Part shown: one piece after another, positions 1 to 8,277 of the stretch | Numbering within the stretch: position 1 is the first letter of the stretch | How the letters are laid out: every line of letters starts with the position of its first letter | Assembly (NCBI GenBank): GCA_003138485.1 | Contig: PLGF01000173.1 | Coordinates: 31,281-95,280 of the forward strand | Direction of reading: 5' to 3' | Source of the DNA: Verrucomicrobiales bacterium | GTDB taxonomy: Bacteria; Verrucomicrobiota; Verrucomicrobiia; Limisphaerales; Palsa-1400 | DNA length: 64,000 nucleotides | The notes under the pieces: model-generated | Database searches by the model: none | What the model was told of the DNA's origin: nothing | Seen by the model: the letters and a program-made list of their open reading frames with translations, nothing else | Translations under genes and position numbers: made by a program

Positions 1-96
1 CAATCCTGAAAGGATTGCAATCGTTCAGCCCAGGGTTGCGAGGAACGAGCTACCCTGGGTGACAAGACAGAATAATCACAACCCTGAAAGGGTTGA
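1..96. repeat. REP-like cluster of three short hairpins (caatcc-tgaaa-ggattg; cccagggt...accctggg; caaccc-tgaaa-gggttg) at the 3' flank of the RAYT gene
   Basis: Perfect short palindromes read directly from the sequence. The same palindromes occur in inverted arrangement at 585-682 on the other side of the transposase gene. Confidence 0.6.
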
Positions 97-97
97 A

Positions 98-553
98 TCA
101 TTCCCACAAATATCGTTCGTCAAATTCCAGTTCATACCGCCGCAAAAGTTCACGATACTCATCTTGAAATGATATCTTGCGATGGTGCTCCTCTTGTCCG
201 GCGACATATCCCCGCACCGATTCGATTTGCGAGAATCCAATGGAGAAAACCCCGTAACCATTCTGCCAGGCAAAGTCGCCAAGGCCAGGGCCTCTGGCCT
301 TGATCCACAGCGAGGATCCGCGTTTGACCTCCTTGACCATCTCTGCCGCCGTGCTGGTGCGCGACAAGGCGCACAGGAAATGAACATGGTCTTCGACACC
401 GCCAATAATAATCGGCTGGCATTGGAGATGGGCCAGTATCCCGCCGAGGTACCGGTGGAGTTCTTCGCGCAGGGCAGTGTCGCGCAAAAATGGACGACGG
501 TCCTTTGTTGAAAAAACGGCATGAACCAATATCCTGGCCAATGATTGTGCCAT
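98..553 (-). CDS. REP-associated tyrosine transposase (RAYT / IS200-like Y1 HUH transposase, TnpA_REP)
   Basis: 151-aa ORF with an HUH-type motif (HVHFL) and a conserved Tyr region (QNGYGVFS), typical of COG1943/IS200-like transposases. It is bracketed on both sides by REP hairpins. Confidence 0.75.
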   Translation of the reverse strand: MAQSLARILVHAVFSTKDRRPFLRDTALREELHRYLGGILAHLQCQPIIIGGVEDHVHFLCALSRTSTAAEMVKEVKRGSSLWIKARGPGLGDFAWQNGYGVFSIGFSQIESVRGYVAGQEEHHRKISFQDEYRELLRRYELEFDERYLWE

Positions 554-584
554 GGGGTGATGGTACGCGCGCCCGCCCTCCGAT

Positions 585-682
585 TCAATCCTTTCAGGGT
601 TGATAGCCTTTTGGCGCGTTTTCCCCAGGGTAGCTCGTTCCTCGCAACCCTGGGCCGAGCGATCGCAATCCTTTCAGGATTG
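585..682. repeat. REP-like hairpin cluster (inverted copy of 1-96) at the 5' flank of the RAYT gene
   Basis: Contains caatcctttcagggttg, ccccagggtagctcgttcctcgcaaccctggg and caatcctttcaggattg, which are the reverse-orientation counterparts of the 1-96 hairpins. Confidence 0.6.
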
Positions 683-1030
683 CCCAAGGCGTCCATTTTT
701 GGGCGCAAGTCGTTGAAAATGGGGGAGAAACGCACGAATGGAATAAAAAAAACGCATTTTTTTGACTGTATTATAAAAATAATGCAACTTCCTTAACCAC
801 AATGTGTTAGGATTGTTTTTACCCCCGTTTTAGCGTTTTTTGACAAAAAATCTCTGCTGGGGGCTTGACTTTCCGGGGCGCATAGACGATAACTTCGCAA
901 GTTGTACCTGCGTGTTGCAGGTGAGAGCAAGTGTTAAAGTCGCGCCGTCTGCGCCGTTTTCAGAGTGAAGATGACAAAGGCAGGTGCGGGAGAGAACCGA
1001 AACGAAACTGAAATCCTGTCAAACAAGTAT

Positions 1031-1873
1031 ATGATTAAAAAACTGAAAATGTTTAGTATGGCCGCGTTAGCCACCGTTGCAGCGGTGTCCACCGCCCAAG
1101 CCGCCACTCCAACCAGTGTCACCGTGTTGAACAAGGTTGGTGTAACGCTCACCGCTTACTCCGCAGACACCTATGTCACAAACAAGGCGGGAACGGAGAT
1201 TACCGCCAAGACAACCCCGAGCGCCTTTACCATGAAGTCGCTCCTGGCGGCCATCAGCGTCGCGACCAGGTCCAGCATCGACACCAATAAGGCGTCATTG
1301 GGTTACACCAACACTTACGTTCTCACCAATGGCTACATCGTAGCGTACACCAATATTGGCAAAGGCACCTACTCGACGAATGCCGTTTATGGAACCAACT
1401 ACGCTGGCTTGACGAACCTGGCAACCACGGGCCTGACAATTGCCTCAAATATGGTGTATGCATGGGTTGCGGGCGGATGGGCGACTGTTGTCGGGACAAC
1501 CATCTCTCCAAACACCAATCTGCCGAACTACTTTGATGCTTATGCTGGCGCTTATGGCGCTGACAATGGGAACGAGAAGGCTTTCGATCGCGTTCCCCTC
1601 CTGAACAGTCGCGCTGGGACCGCTGTGATATCCGAAGGTTCTCTCCATCTTTTTGGCACGACCAATACTTGGAGCCTTTATGTGAGCGGCTATGGTGGCA
1701 GCAGTTCCTCCAGTGTAATGAACTTGGGGACGGAAAAAGCCCCTGTGTATATCGAGACTTCCAATGCAAATGTCCCGGTTTACGGCTCCGGCACTGACAT
1801 CAGCGCCACGGCCACCAACAATTACACCTTCAAAGGCACTTTGACGGATACGTTCTGGAAGATCATTAAATAG
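1031..1873 (+). CDS. secreted hypothetical protein, Thr/Asn/Gly/Tyr-rich, with an N-terminal signal peptide
   Basis: The ORF 965-1873 has an internal Met (MIKKLKMFSMAALATVAAVSTAQA) that gives a classical signal peptide. The body is low-complexity and beta-rich. Local GC is lower than in neighbouring genes. A strong terminator follows. Confidence 0.5.
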   Translation: MIKKLKMFSMAALATVAAVSTAQAATPTSVTVLNKVGVTLTAYSADTYVTNKAGTEITAKTTPSAFTMKSLLAAISVATRSSIDTNKASLGYTNTYVLTNGYIVAYTNIGKGTYSTNAVYGTNYAGLTNLATTGLTIASNMVYAWVAGGWATVVGTTISPNTNLPNYFDAYAGAYGADNGNEKAFDRVPLLNSRAGTAVISEGSLHLFGTTNTWSLYVSGYGGSSSSSVMNLGTEKAPVYIETSNANVPVYGSGTDISATATNNYTFKGTLTDTFWKIIK

Positions 1874-1897
1874 CGCCTTGTAAAAGATCATTACTTC

Positions 1898-1934
1898 GCG
1901 GGACAGTGGAGACTCCACTGTCCCGCTTTTGCTT
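1898..1934 (+). terminator. rho-independent terminator (13-bp perfect stem gcgggacagtgga / tccactgtcccgc, 3-nt loop, followed by TTTTGCTT)
   Basis: Perfect inverted repeat followed by a T-run 25 bp after the stop codon of the 1031-1873 gene. Confidence 0.75.
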
Positions 1935-1994
1935 AATGCGCGGCCGCCCCGATCCTCATCGAAACGGGGGCGTCCGTCACCGAACAGGTGAGGC

Positions 1995-2070
1995 CGGCAG
2001 GGCGACGCTCCCGCGGAATCGGCTCGGCAGGAGCCTCGCCCTGGAAGTTGAAGAATTCTGTCCTGCGCCC
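1995..2070. repeat. composite MITE-like repeat (ggcagggcgacgctcccgcgga / cggctcggcaggagcctcgccctgg / gaagaattctgtc modules)
   Basis: The same modules recur at 7500-7575, 9055-9090 and 9170-9316. Confidence 0.45.
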
Positions 2071-2326
2071 GAACCGAAATCAAAGTCGCGGCTGGTTTTC
2101 CTCTTTCACGCTCCCCCTTTGATCTGTTATTGGTTGAAACGTCATGCGAAGCGGCGAAAAGAGAAGGGCGCGGGAGGCGAAGGCGACTTGGCCACGGCCA
2201 GAACGCCACCCGGTGGCGCGGTTCTGGCACCCGGATGTGCCGGGTCCGCTTTGGAACGGTACCCGGCGGGTGCGCACCGCACTGATACGAGCGTATTGCC
2301 ATGCGGTCGCCCGCTAATTTCAGCCG

Positions 2327-2569
2327 TTGAAGATTATTCTCTTTGAATCCTACGGCACCGCCACCCCCGACTTGGACGTGGATTTAATCGTTGTACTGCC
2401 ATTTTGCGGCTCGACCACGGACAAGGCGGTCGAGATTCGGGGCCGTGTGGAGGCGCCGTTTCCGATGGACCTGTTAGTCTGGCGTCCGTCTGAGGAACGG
2501 AAGCCCGGCGGTTTCACTCGCGCCATCCTGAGCGAGGGCAAAGTGATGCATGAAGCCGGCCGCGCGTGA
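2327..2569 (+). pseudogene. nucleotidyltransferase (MNT) antitoxin-like fragment, N-terminally truncated
   Basis: The ORF opens directly in the NTase motif (LFESYGTATPDLDVDLIVV, compare GSxxRGxxxxxSDIDLxV). There is an in-frame stop immediately upstream, so about 25 aa of the usual N-terminus are missing. Confidence 0.45.
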
Positions 2570-2738
2570 ATGGGTCCGTTGCGCGGAGGAGGATTTTGAC
2601 GTTGCCACCGCGCTTCTGCGCCGGCGATCCAAAACCGCCTCCAACAGCGTTGGCTTCCATTGCCAGCAGTGCGTCGAGAAATATTTCAAAGCGTTTGTTC
2701 TTAGTCAGAGAGGCTGGCCTAAAACCCGGCCTCTTTGA
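2550..2738 (+). pseudogene. HEPN-domain toxin-like fragment, C-terminally truncated (partner of the MNT fragment)
   Basis: 62-aa ORF with a HEPN-like N-terminal helix pair (AREWVRCAEEDFDVATALL...CQQCVEKYFKAF), but it stops before the usual Rx4HR region. It overlaps the MNT ORF in the way MNT/HEPN pairs do. Confidence 0.4.
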
Positions 2739-2841
2739 TTTTTTGCCCCAGTCACCGGCGGCGTTTCAGTCGCCCATGCGGTTTCGGTCGCCCTTTTTTG
2801 AATTTGCAGTCGCCTTTGGAAGGGTTACACTAACGTGCTCT

Positions 2842-2915
2842 TGTCCGATGGTGTAACGGTAGCACAAGGCCCTTTGGAGGCCTTTGTCCTGGTTCGAATC
2901 CAGGTCGGACAGCCA
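2842..2915 (+). tRNA. tRNA-Gln (anticodon TTG)
   Basis: Manual fold: 7-bp acceptor stem TGTCCGA/TCGGACA, D-arm GTGT-AACGGTA-GCAC, anticodon stem AGGCC/GGCCT with loop CTTTGGA (anticodon TTG), T-arm CCTGG-TTCGAAT-CCAGG, discriminator G, encoded CCA. Confidence 0.85.
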
Positions 2916-2917
2916 TT

Positions 2918-3169
2918 ATGCCCGAAATGAAAACGTTGTTGACATGTCTCGCCGCCGCGCTGTTGCTGACGGGGTGCGCCCGTCATTACGACATGACCCT
3001 CACCAGCGGCATGCGGGTGAGCTACGTGACCAAGCCGGTCCTGGACCGCGCGTCCGGCGTCTATACCTACAAGGACGCCGCCGGACGGCGCCGGCAGATC
3101 GACTCCGCCCATGTGGTCAGGATCGATCCGCATTCGAACCGGAACCTCTCGAAGGCATACGGTCAATAA
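2918..3169 (+). CDS. small lipoprotein, YgdI/YgdR (DUF903) family
   Basis: Lipobox LLLTGC after a signal peptide. The mature part matches the YgdR-type pattern (YxMTLxSGxxVxxxxKPxxDxxSGxYxYKDAxG). Its 3' end overlaps the convergent ribE. Confidence 0.6.
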   Translation: MPEMKTLLTCLAAALLLTGCARHYDMTLTSGMRVSYVTKPVLDRASGVYTYKDAAGRRRQIDSAHVVRIDPHSNRNLSKAYGQ

Positions 3170-3758
3170 CAAAACGCTCGACAAACTTTCCCAGCAGGTC
3201 GGTTTCCAGGTTCACCGCGCCGCCCACCCGCCGCTCGCTCAACGCCGTCACCTCCCGCGTGTGCGGAATGATCCAAATCTCGAAGCTCTTCCGCCGCGCC
3301 GCGGCCACCGTCAGGCTGATGCCGTCCACCGCTATCGAGCCTTTGAAGACTACATAGCGCATGATTTCGGGCGGCGCCGCCACCTCCAGCAGGTAATCCT
3401 TGCCGGCCTTTTCCCAGCGGATGATTTTTCCAAGGCCGTCGATGTGCCCGGTTACAAAGTGCCCTCCCATCCTGTCGCCCACCCGCAAGGCGCGCTCCAG
3501 ATTCACCCCCGCGCCCGGCCGCGCGAATTGCAAATTGGTCCGGCTCCAACTCTCCTTGAGCAGCGCGAATCTCAGCAGCTTGTCCTTCCCGCGGGCGCGC
3601 GTCTTCTCCACCGTGAGACAGCAGCCGTTGACGGCCAGGCTGTCGCCCGCCTTGAGGCCGCGCGCGCAGAGGCGGGCTTGCACCCATAGTTCAATTGCAG
3701 CCGCGCCGGGGCGGATGGCCTCAACGCGGCCGGTTTCTTCGACAATTCCAGTAAACAT
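3117..3758 (-). CDS. ribE: riboflavin synthase alpha chain
   Basis: 213 aa. MFTGIVEETG start and duplicated lumazine-binding halves (GDSLAVNGCCLTV ... GSIAVDGISLTV). Confidence 0.85.
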   Translation of the reverse strand: MFTGIVEETGRVEAIRPGAAAIELWVQARLCARGLKAGDSLAVNGCCLTVEKTRARGKDKLLRFALLKESWSRTNLQFARPGAGVNLERALRVGDRMGGHFVTGHIDGLGKIIRWEKAGKDYLLEVAAPPEIMRYVVFKGSIAVDGISLTVAAARRKSFEIWIIPHTREVTALSERRVGGAVNLETDLLGKFVERFVIDRMPSRGSGSNADRS

Positions 3759-3759
3759 A

Positions 3760-4878
3760 TCAATCTCCGCCGGGCGCCTCCGCCGTCCGGGCTGTCAATA
3801 CCAAGTCCGGGCCAAGCCGGCGCCAGACGGCGTCGCGCAGCCGGAGGGCCTCTTGCAGCCGCGCCGCGCCGGCGCCCGCCACCGCTTTGGCGGCGCCGCG
3901 CCCGCCGAGCACCAGGGGAGCATAGAAGAACGCGACCCGTTGCGCCAGACCTTGCTCCAGGAACGAGGCGTTGGTTTCGCCGCCTCCTTCAACGAGCAGG
4001 GCGGTGACGTCTTCGCGCCCCAGCCGGTCCAGCAGCCAGCGCAAGTTTATGCCGCCTCCCGCTCGCGGCGCAGTCAGCACCCGAACCTTTTTGCGCAAAG
4101 CCTCCACGCGCCCGGCCGGGGCCGCGCGGGTCACGACCACGATGGTCGATGCCGCTTCCGCGTCGGAAACCACCCTGGCCCCCAGCGGCGTGCGGGCTCT
4201 GGCATCCAGGATGATCCGGCGCAACCGCTTGCCGGCCCAGCCGGGACGCCGCACCGTCAGGCTGGGATCATCGCGCAGAATTGTGTTGATGCCGGCCAGG
4301 ATCGCGTCCGCGCCCGTCCTCAATTTCATCCCGAAGGCCCTGGCCTTTTCTCCCGTTATCCATTTGGACTCTCCCGTGATCGTCGCGATTTTCCCATCGA
4401 GCGACATGGCGGCTTTGACCGTGACAAAAGGACGGCGGTTGACGATCCAATGGTTGAACGATTCATTCATCAGGGCCGCCTCGGCCGTCAGCAAGCCCGT
4501 GCTGACGGCTATTCCGGCCCGCTCCAATATCTTGAATCCCCGCCCGGCATGGGCCGGATTGGCGTCGCGCGCGGCGACGACGACGCGTTGGATGCCGGCG
4601 GCGATGATGGCATCGGTGCAGGGCGGCGTGCGGCCGTGCGTGCAGCAGGGTTCGAGAGTCACGAACAGCGTGCCGCCCGCCGCGCCGCCGTTTTTGATCG
4701 CCCCGGCCAGGGCTTCAATTTCGGCGTGAGGCCCGCCGGCGCGGCGATGCCAGCCCTGGCCGATCACAGCGCCATCGCGGACCAGGACCGCCCCGACCAT
4801 CGGGTTGGGCGACGTGCGCCCGAAGCCGCGCCGGGCCAATCGCATGGCCAGTCGCATGAAATCAAGGTCCGACGGCAT
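3760..4878 (-). CDS. ribD: bifunctional riboflavin biosynthesis protein RibD (pyrimidine deaminase / reductase)
   Basis: Deaminase motifs HAEIEAL and PCCTHGRTPPC followed by a reductase domain (VTVKAAMSLDGKIA). The start is set at the internal Met (MPSDLDFMRLAMRLA) so that it does not overlap ftsY. Confidence 0.85.
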   Translation of the reverse strand: MPSDLDFMRLAMRLARRGFGRTSPNPMVGAVLVRDGAVIGQGWHRRAGGPHAEIEALAGAIKNGGAAGGTLFVTLEPCCTHGRTPPCTDAIIAAGIQRVVVAARDANPAHAGRGFKILERAGIAVSTGLLTAEAALMNESFNHWIVNRRPFVTVKAAMSLDGKIATITGESKWITGEKARAFGMKLRTGADAILAGINTILRDDPSLTVRRPGWAGKRLRRIILDARARTPLGARVVSDAEAASTIVVVTRAAPAGRVEALRKKVRVLTAPRAGGGINLRWLLDRLGREDVTALLVEGGGETNASFLEQGLAQRVAFFYAPLVLGGRGAAKAVAGAGAARLQEALRLRDAVWRRLGPDLVLTARTAEAPGGD

Positions 4879-4885
4879 AGGCGCT

Positions 4886-5800
4886 TCACCGCTCGTCGAA
4901 AAGGGCCTGGGCGAATTGTTTGGCGTCGAAGGGCTGCAAGTCGTCGGGCTTTTCGCCCACGCCGATGAATTTGACCGGCAGCCCCAGCTCGCGCTGGATG
5001 GCGATGACCATGCCGCCTTTGCTGGTGCCGTCAAGCTTGGTGATGACCAGGCCGGTGAGGGGGACGGATTTGTTGAATTCCCGCGCCTGGGTCAGCGCGT
5101 TCATGCCCGTGCTGGCATCCAGCACCAGCAGCGTCTCATGCGGCGCGCCCGGCAGCTTCTTATCCATGACGCGATGGACCTTTTGCAATTCCTTCATCAG
5201 GTTGTGCTTGGTGTGGAGCCGGCCCGCCGTGTCAATAAACAAGTAATCCGACTTGCGCGCCAGGGCGGCCGCGATGCTGTCGTGGGCCACCGAGGCCGGG
5301 TCCGCGCCGCGCGCGCCCGCCACGACGGGGACCTTGAGGCGTTCGCCCCAGAGTTTGAGTTGCTCGACGGCGGCGGCTCGAAATGTGTCGCAGGCGGCCA
5401 GGAGGGCGGTCTGGCCCCGGGACTGCACCAAGTGGGCCAGCTTGGCGGCCGTGGTGGTTTTGCCGGTGCCGTTGACGCCGACGAGCGACACGACCGTCAC
5501 GCCATCGGGCAGGCGGCGCAAGTCGCCGGCGGCTCCCGCCAGGCTGCGTTCGACCTCGGCGCGGGCGATGGCAAAAACGTCCAGGCCGGCGCGGCCCTGA
5601 GTTTCGTAGGAATGTTTGACGGCGGCGACAATTTGCGCCGTCATCGCAAGGCCCAAATCGGCGGCAATCAGGGCGGCTTCCAGCTCGTCGAGGCCGCCGG
5701 AGGTCAGCTTGGGAGAGGCGGTGACGATGCGCTTGATTTCGTGGGCCAGTTTGCTTTGAGTTTTGAACAGGCCCTCTTTGAGCTTTTGAAACAGGCCCAT
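4886..5800 (-). CDS. ftsY: signal recognition particle receptor FtsY (NG-domain form)
   Basis: SRP GTPase motifs GVNGTGKTTT, DTAGR and TKLDG. Confidence 0.85.
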   Translation of the reverse strand: MGLFQKLKEGLFKTQSKLAHEIKRIVTASPKLTSGGLDELEAALIAADLGLAMTAQIVAAVKHSYETQGRAGLDVFAIARAEVERSLAGAAGDLRRLPDGVTVVSLVGVNGTGKTTTAAKLAHLVQSRGQTALLAACDTFRAAAVEQLKLWGERLKVPVVAGARGADPASVAHDSIAAALARKSDYLFIDTAGRLHTKHNLMKELQKVHRVMDKKLPGAPHETLLVLDASTGMNALTQAREFNKSVPLTGLVITKLDGTSKGGMVIAIQRELGLPVKFIGVGEKPDDLQPFDAKQFAQALFDER

Positions 5801-5803
5801 GAA

Positions 5804-6712
5804 TCAGGTGGCTTTGGCGGCCGGCTGCGGCTGGCTGGCGCGGTTGCGGCGGGCGTCCTTGAGTTTGTCCACATACCGGGCCGGAAGCCGGACGCCGCCG
5901 ATGAGAGGTTTGCCCTTGCTGTAGCCGTGGCAATCTGAGCCGCCGGTGACAGCCAGATTGAGACGCGCGGCCATTTGCAGATAGTATTCGGGCATCGCCC
6001 CAGTGTGCCGGGTGTGAAAACATTCCAGGCCGTCCAGCCCCTGGCCAGCCAGAGTGGGAATGATTTGGTCGCAGTGGTTCAACGCCGGATGGGCCAGCAC
6101 CGCCAGGCCGTGCGCCTCATGGATCAACGCGATGGCGGCATCGGAGGAGATTTTGTATTTGGGCACCCAGGCGGGCCTGCCTTTCTTCAGGTATTTCTCA
6201 AACGCTTCATCCACGCTGGCGCACAGCCCTTCGAGCACCAGCGCCCGGCCCACGTGCGGACGCCCGGGTGAATGGCAGTTGGCCAGTTCAAAGACCGTCT
6301 CGGCCCTGAGGGGAATTCCCAATTTGTTGAGCCGCGCGGCCATTTCCCGCACGCGATCCTTGCGCACGGCCTGGAATTTCCCCATCTCTCCCAGCAACCG
6401 CGGGTGTTCCACCTCCAGGAAGTAACCCAGCAAATGGACTTCCCTCCCTTCGTATTCCGCCGTCAACTCCGCGCCGGAGATAAACTCGATGCCCAGGCCT
6501 TCGCAAGCCCGGCCCATGCGCGCGCACCCTTCGATGCTGTCATGGTCGGTCAGCGCCATCGCCACCAGCCCCAGCCGTCCGCCACGCTCGGCCAACTCTT
6601 CGGGCGTGAAGGTTCCGTCGGAAAAAAGCGTGTGCAAATGCAGGTCGGCGCCCCCGCCCTCCCCGGGCCGAAGGGCGGTCTTCTCGGACGAAATGACGGG
6701 CGAAGCGCTCAT
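5804..6712 (-). CDS. PHP-domain metal-dependent phosphoesterase (TrpH/YciV-like)
   Basis: DLHLHTLFSDG N-terminal PHP motif, with further His/Asp clusters (TDHDS, GGSDCHG). Confidence 0.7.
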   Translation of the reverse strand: MSASPVISSEKTALRPGEGGGADLHLHTLFSDGTFTPEELAERGGRLGLVAMALTDHDSIEGCARMGRACEGLGIEFISGAELTAEYEGREVHLLGYFLEVEHPRLLGEMGKFQAVRKDRVREMAARLNKLGIPLRAETVFELANCHSPGRPHVGRALVLEGLCASVDEAFEKYLKKGRPAWVPKYKISSDAAIALIHEAHGLAVLAHPALNHCDQIIPTLAGQGLDGLECFHTRHTGAMPEYYLQMAARLNLAVTGGSDCHGYSKGKPLIGGVRLPARYVDKLKDARRNRASQPQPAAKAT

Positions 6713-7209
6713 TTGACCACCCGCGCCGACCGGGATAATTGGTCTTTGATCGTGTCCAGGATGCCGTTGACAAACTTGCCGCTGCCCTCGGTGGAGAACT
6801 TCTTGGCGATATCAACCGCCTCGTTAATGCTCACCACCGGCGGAATATCCTCCCGGTGAAGCATCTCGTAAATTGCCAGGCGCAATACATTGCGGTCCAC
6901 CGCCGCCATCCGGGTCAGGTCCCAGTTCTGGGTGTGTTCGGCGATTTTTTGATCCAATTCCGGGCGCTTCTCAATCACGCCTCGAATCAGGCGGTCGGCG
7001 AAAAGGCGCGTGGCCAGTTCCTGGGGGGTGGCCGGCGGCAATTCGGTCTTTTCCCCCCACTTGGCGGAAGCCCTCTCCTCCGCTATCGCCGGGGCGCGTT
7101 GTGAGGCCCAAAAATGGCCCAGCGCCTCCTCCAGATTGTCCGGAGGATTCAGGTCGTGCTGAAAAAGAAACTGCACAGCTCGTTCTCGCGCTTCACGCCG
7201 TTTTCCCAT
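6709..7209 (-). CDS. nusB: transcription antitermination factor NusB
   Basis: RREARERAVQFLFQ...SINEAVDIAKKF is the canonical NusB signature. The start is taken at the internal Met MGKRREARE. Confidence 0.85.
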   Translation of the reverse strand: MGKRREARERAVQFLFQHDLNPPDNLEEALGHFWASQRAPAIAEERASAKWGEKTELPPATPQELATRLFADRLIRGVIEKRPELDQKIAEHTQNWDLTRMAAVDRNVLRLAIYEMLHREDIPPVVSINEAVDIAKKFSTEGSGKFVNGILDTIKDQLSRSARVVK

Positions 7210-7312
7210 GCAATCAAGTCTGGCCCCAAATAACCGAATGCAAAAGCAAATTATCCAGAAAGACGGGCGCAAATCCGGCTTTGAGCGCCCGATTCGCCAG
7301 GAACTTTGTCCG

Positions 7313-7385
7313 GGAGGGCGGAGCGCCGCGACGCCCTAAAATTCTCCCCTCGAACAGGTCAGGGCGTCGCGGCGCTCCGCCCTCC
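7313..7385. repeat. perfect 25-bp inverted repeat (ggagggcggagcgccgcgacgccct / agggcgtcgcggcgctccgccctcc) with a 23-nt loop
   Basis: Read directly from the sequence. It lies about 100 bp upstream of the nusB start on the minus strand. Confidence 0.7.
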
Positions 7386-7499
7386 CGAGCAAAAGCTGAT
7401 TTGCGCTCCAGAAAGATTCGGCAAATCAGTCGCCTTTGGCGACGGGAGGAGAAAGCGCCCACCTTTTAGAACTTTGATTATCAATGACATACAGAGGGG

Positions 7500-7650
7500 C
7501 GCTTGGAAGTCTTTAGACACGCCCGGCTCGGCGGAAGAGTCGCCTTCCCATAAACGCCCCGGTAGGGCGACGCTCCCGCGGAGGCGCCCCCTTTTCCCAA
7601 AAAACCGCTCCTGCTGAGCCGTATGCCAGGCATAGCTCAAAAACTTCCAA
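7500..7650. repeat. MITE-like dispersed repeat copy (cacgcccggctcggcRgaag...cgcc ... gtatgccWggcatWgctcaaaaa)
   Basis: A second copy in the same orientation is at 9055-9155, and partial modules are at 1995-2070. Confidence 0.5.
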
Positions 7651-7732
7651 GTCCCGGGTTGCATGTTCTTGATTATCAACGCTCTCAAGCTCCCTCGGCC
7701 CGCGGCACAACCCCAGCCCCCGCGCTTTTTAT

Positions 7733-8026
7733 GGTGCACAAGGGTGCATAAGCCTGCATAAACCGCCGGGGATGGCTCCGCGCCCTCAAACTCCGTTGAG
7801 CCGCAAAAACCACCGTAATTTACCGTAATTTACCGTAATTTCCGTAACCAACGAACTCCGCCCCATCCGGGAACCCCTCACCGCCGTCAATTTAAGGTGC
7901 GAATAGGTGCGAATAGGCGCGAATCGCCGGTCAAGACCTCAGCCGAAGACATTCAACCACGGATGGACACGGATTAACACGGATAAGAGAATTCCCATCC
8001 GTGTCCATCTGTGTCCATCCGTGGTT
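7733..8026. repeat. composite dispersed intergenic repeat, copy 1. Modules: ggtgcacaagggtgcataagcctgcataa, then (t)accgtaattt x3, then ccacggatggacacggatt.
   Basis: Copy 2 with the same module order and orientation is at 29688-29987. It also contains the gtgcgaatag x2.5 tandem repeat (7896-7929) and a palindromic pair of cacggat arrays (7955-7987 / 7994-8026). Confidence 0.6.
7811..7850. repeat. tandem repeat (accgtaattt) x3.5
   Basis: Direct tandem copies are visible in the sequence. Confidence 0.7.
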
Positions 8027-8240
8027 AAGTCATTTTTTCCAGCGCCCCGGCGGGCCGGAAACGGGGCCAGCGCTCCGCGCAAAGGCGGATCAACAGCCGC
8101 GACAGCCGGGGCATGGCGTGGTTCAAGCGGGTTCGCCGCCCAAACGCCCCGGTCCGCGGCCTTTCAAAGAACAAACCGCCCTCAGCCACTGCAACCACAA
8201 TACCACATAAATTGCATTGTGCAATATAACTAATCCATTT

Positions 8241-8277
8241 ACCATGGATGAACGCGGATGGACACGGATTCAAAAAC
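8241..8277. repeat. third copy of the ggatgNacRcggatggacacggattcaaa motif
   Basis: Matches 7957-7975 and 29951-29987. Confidence 0.5.

Noticed and set aside
740-965. Sigma-70-like promoter for the secreted protein (TTGACT boxes at ~755 and ~868)
   Set aside because: Two TTGACT hexamers exist, but neither has a convincing -10 at 16-18 bp spacing. The promoter consensus for this phylum is unknown, so only the AT-rich character is mentioned.
1906-2346. 146-aa ORF between the terminator and the MNT fragment
   Set aside because: It is Arg/Pro/Gly-rich with no motifs. It covers the terminator hairpin and a MITE-like repeat, so it is almost certainly non-coding.
3400-4968. 522-aa plus-strand ORF
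   Set aside because: It lies antisense to ribD and is Arg/Ala/Pro-rich low complexity, typical of a spurious high-GC frame. ribD on the minus strand has clear catalytic motifs.
7811-8030. Possible CRISPR array or oriC (short direct repeats, cacggat arrays, AT-rich patches)
   Set aside because: The repeats are only 10-11 bp and are contiguous without spacers, so this is not a CRISPR array. No cas genes are nearby. The best DnaA-box-like matches (ttatccgtg) have 3 mismatches to TTATCCACA. No dnaA or dnaN is nearby, and a second copy of the same composite element exists at 29688-29987. A dispersed repeat is more parsimonious.
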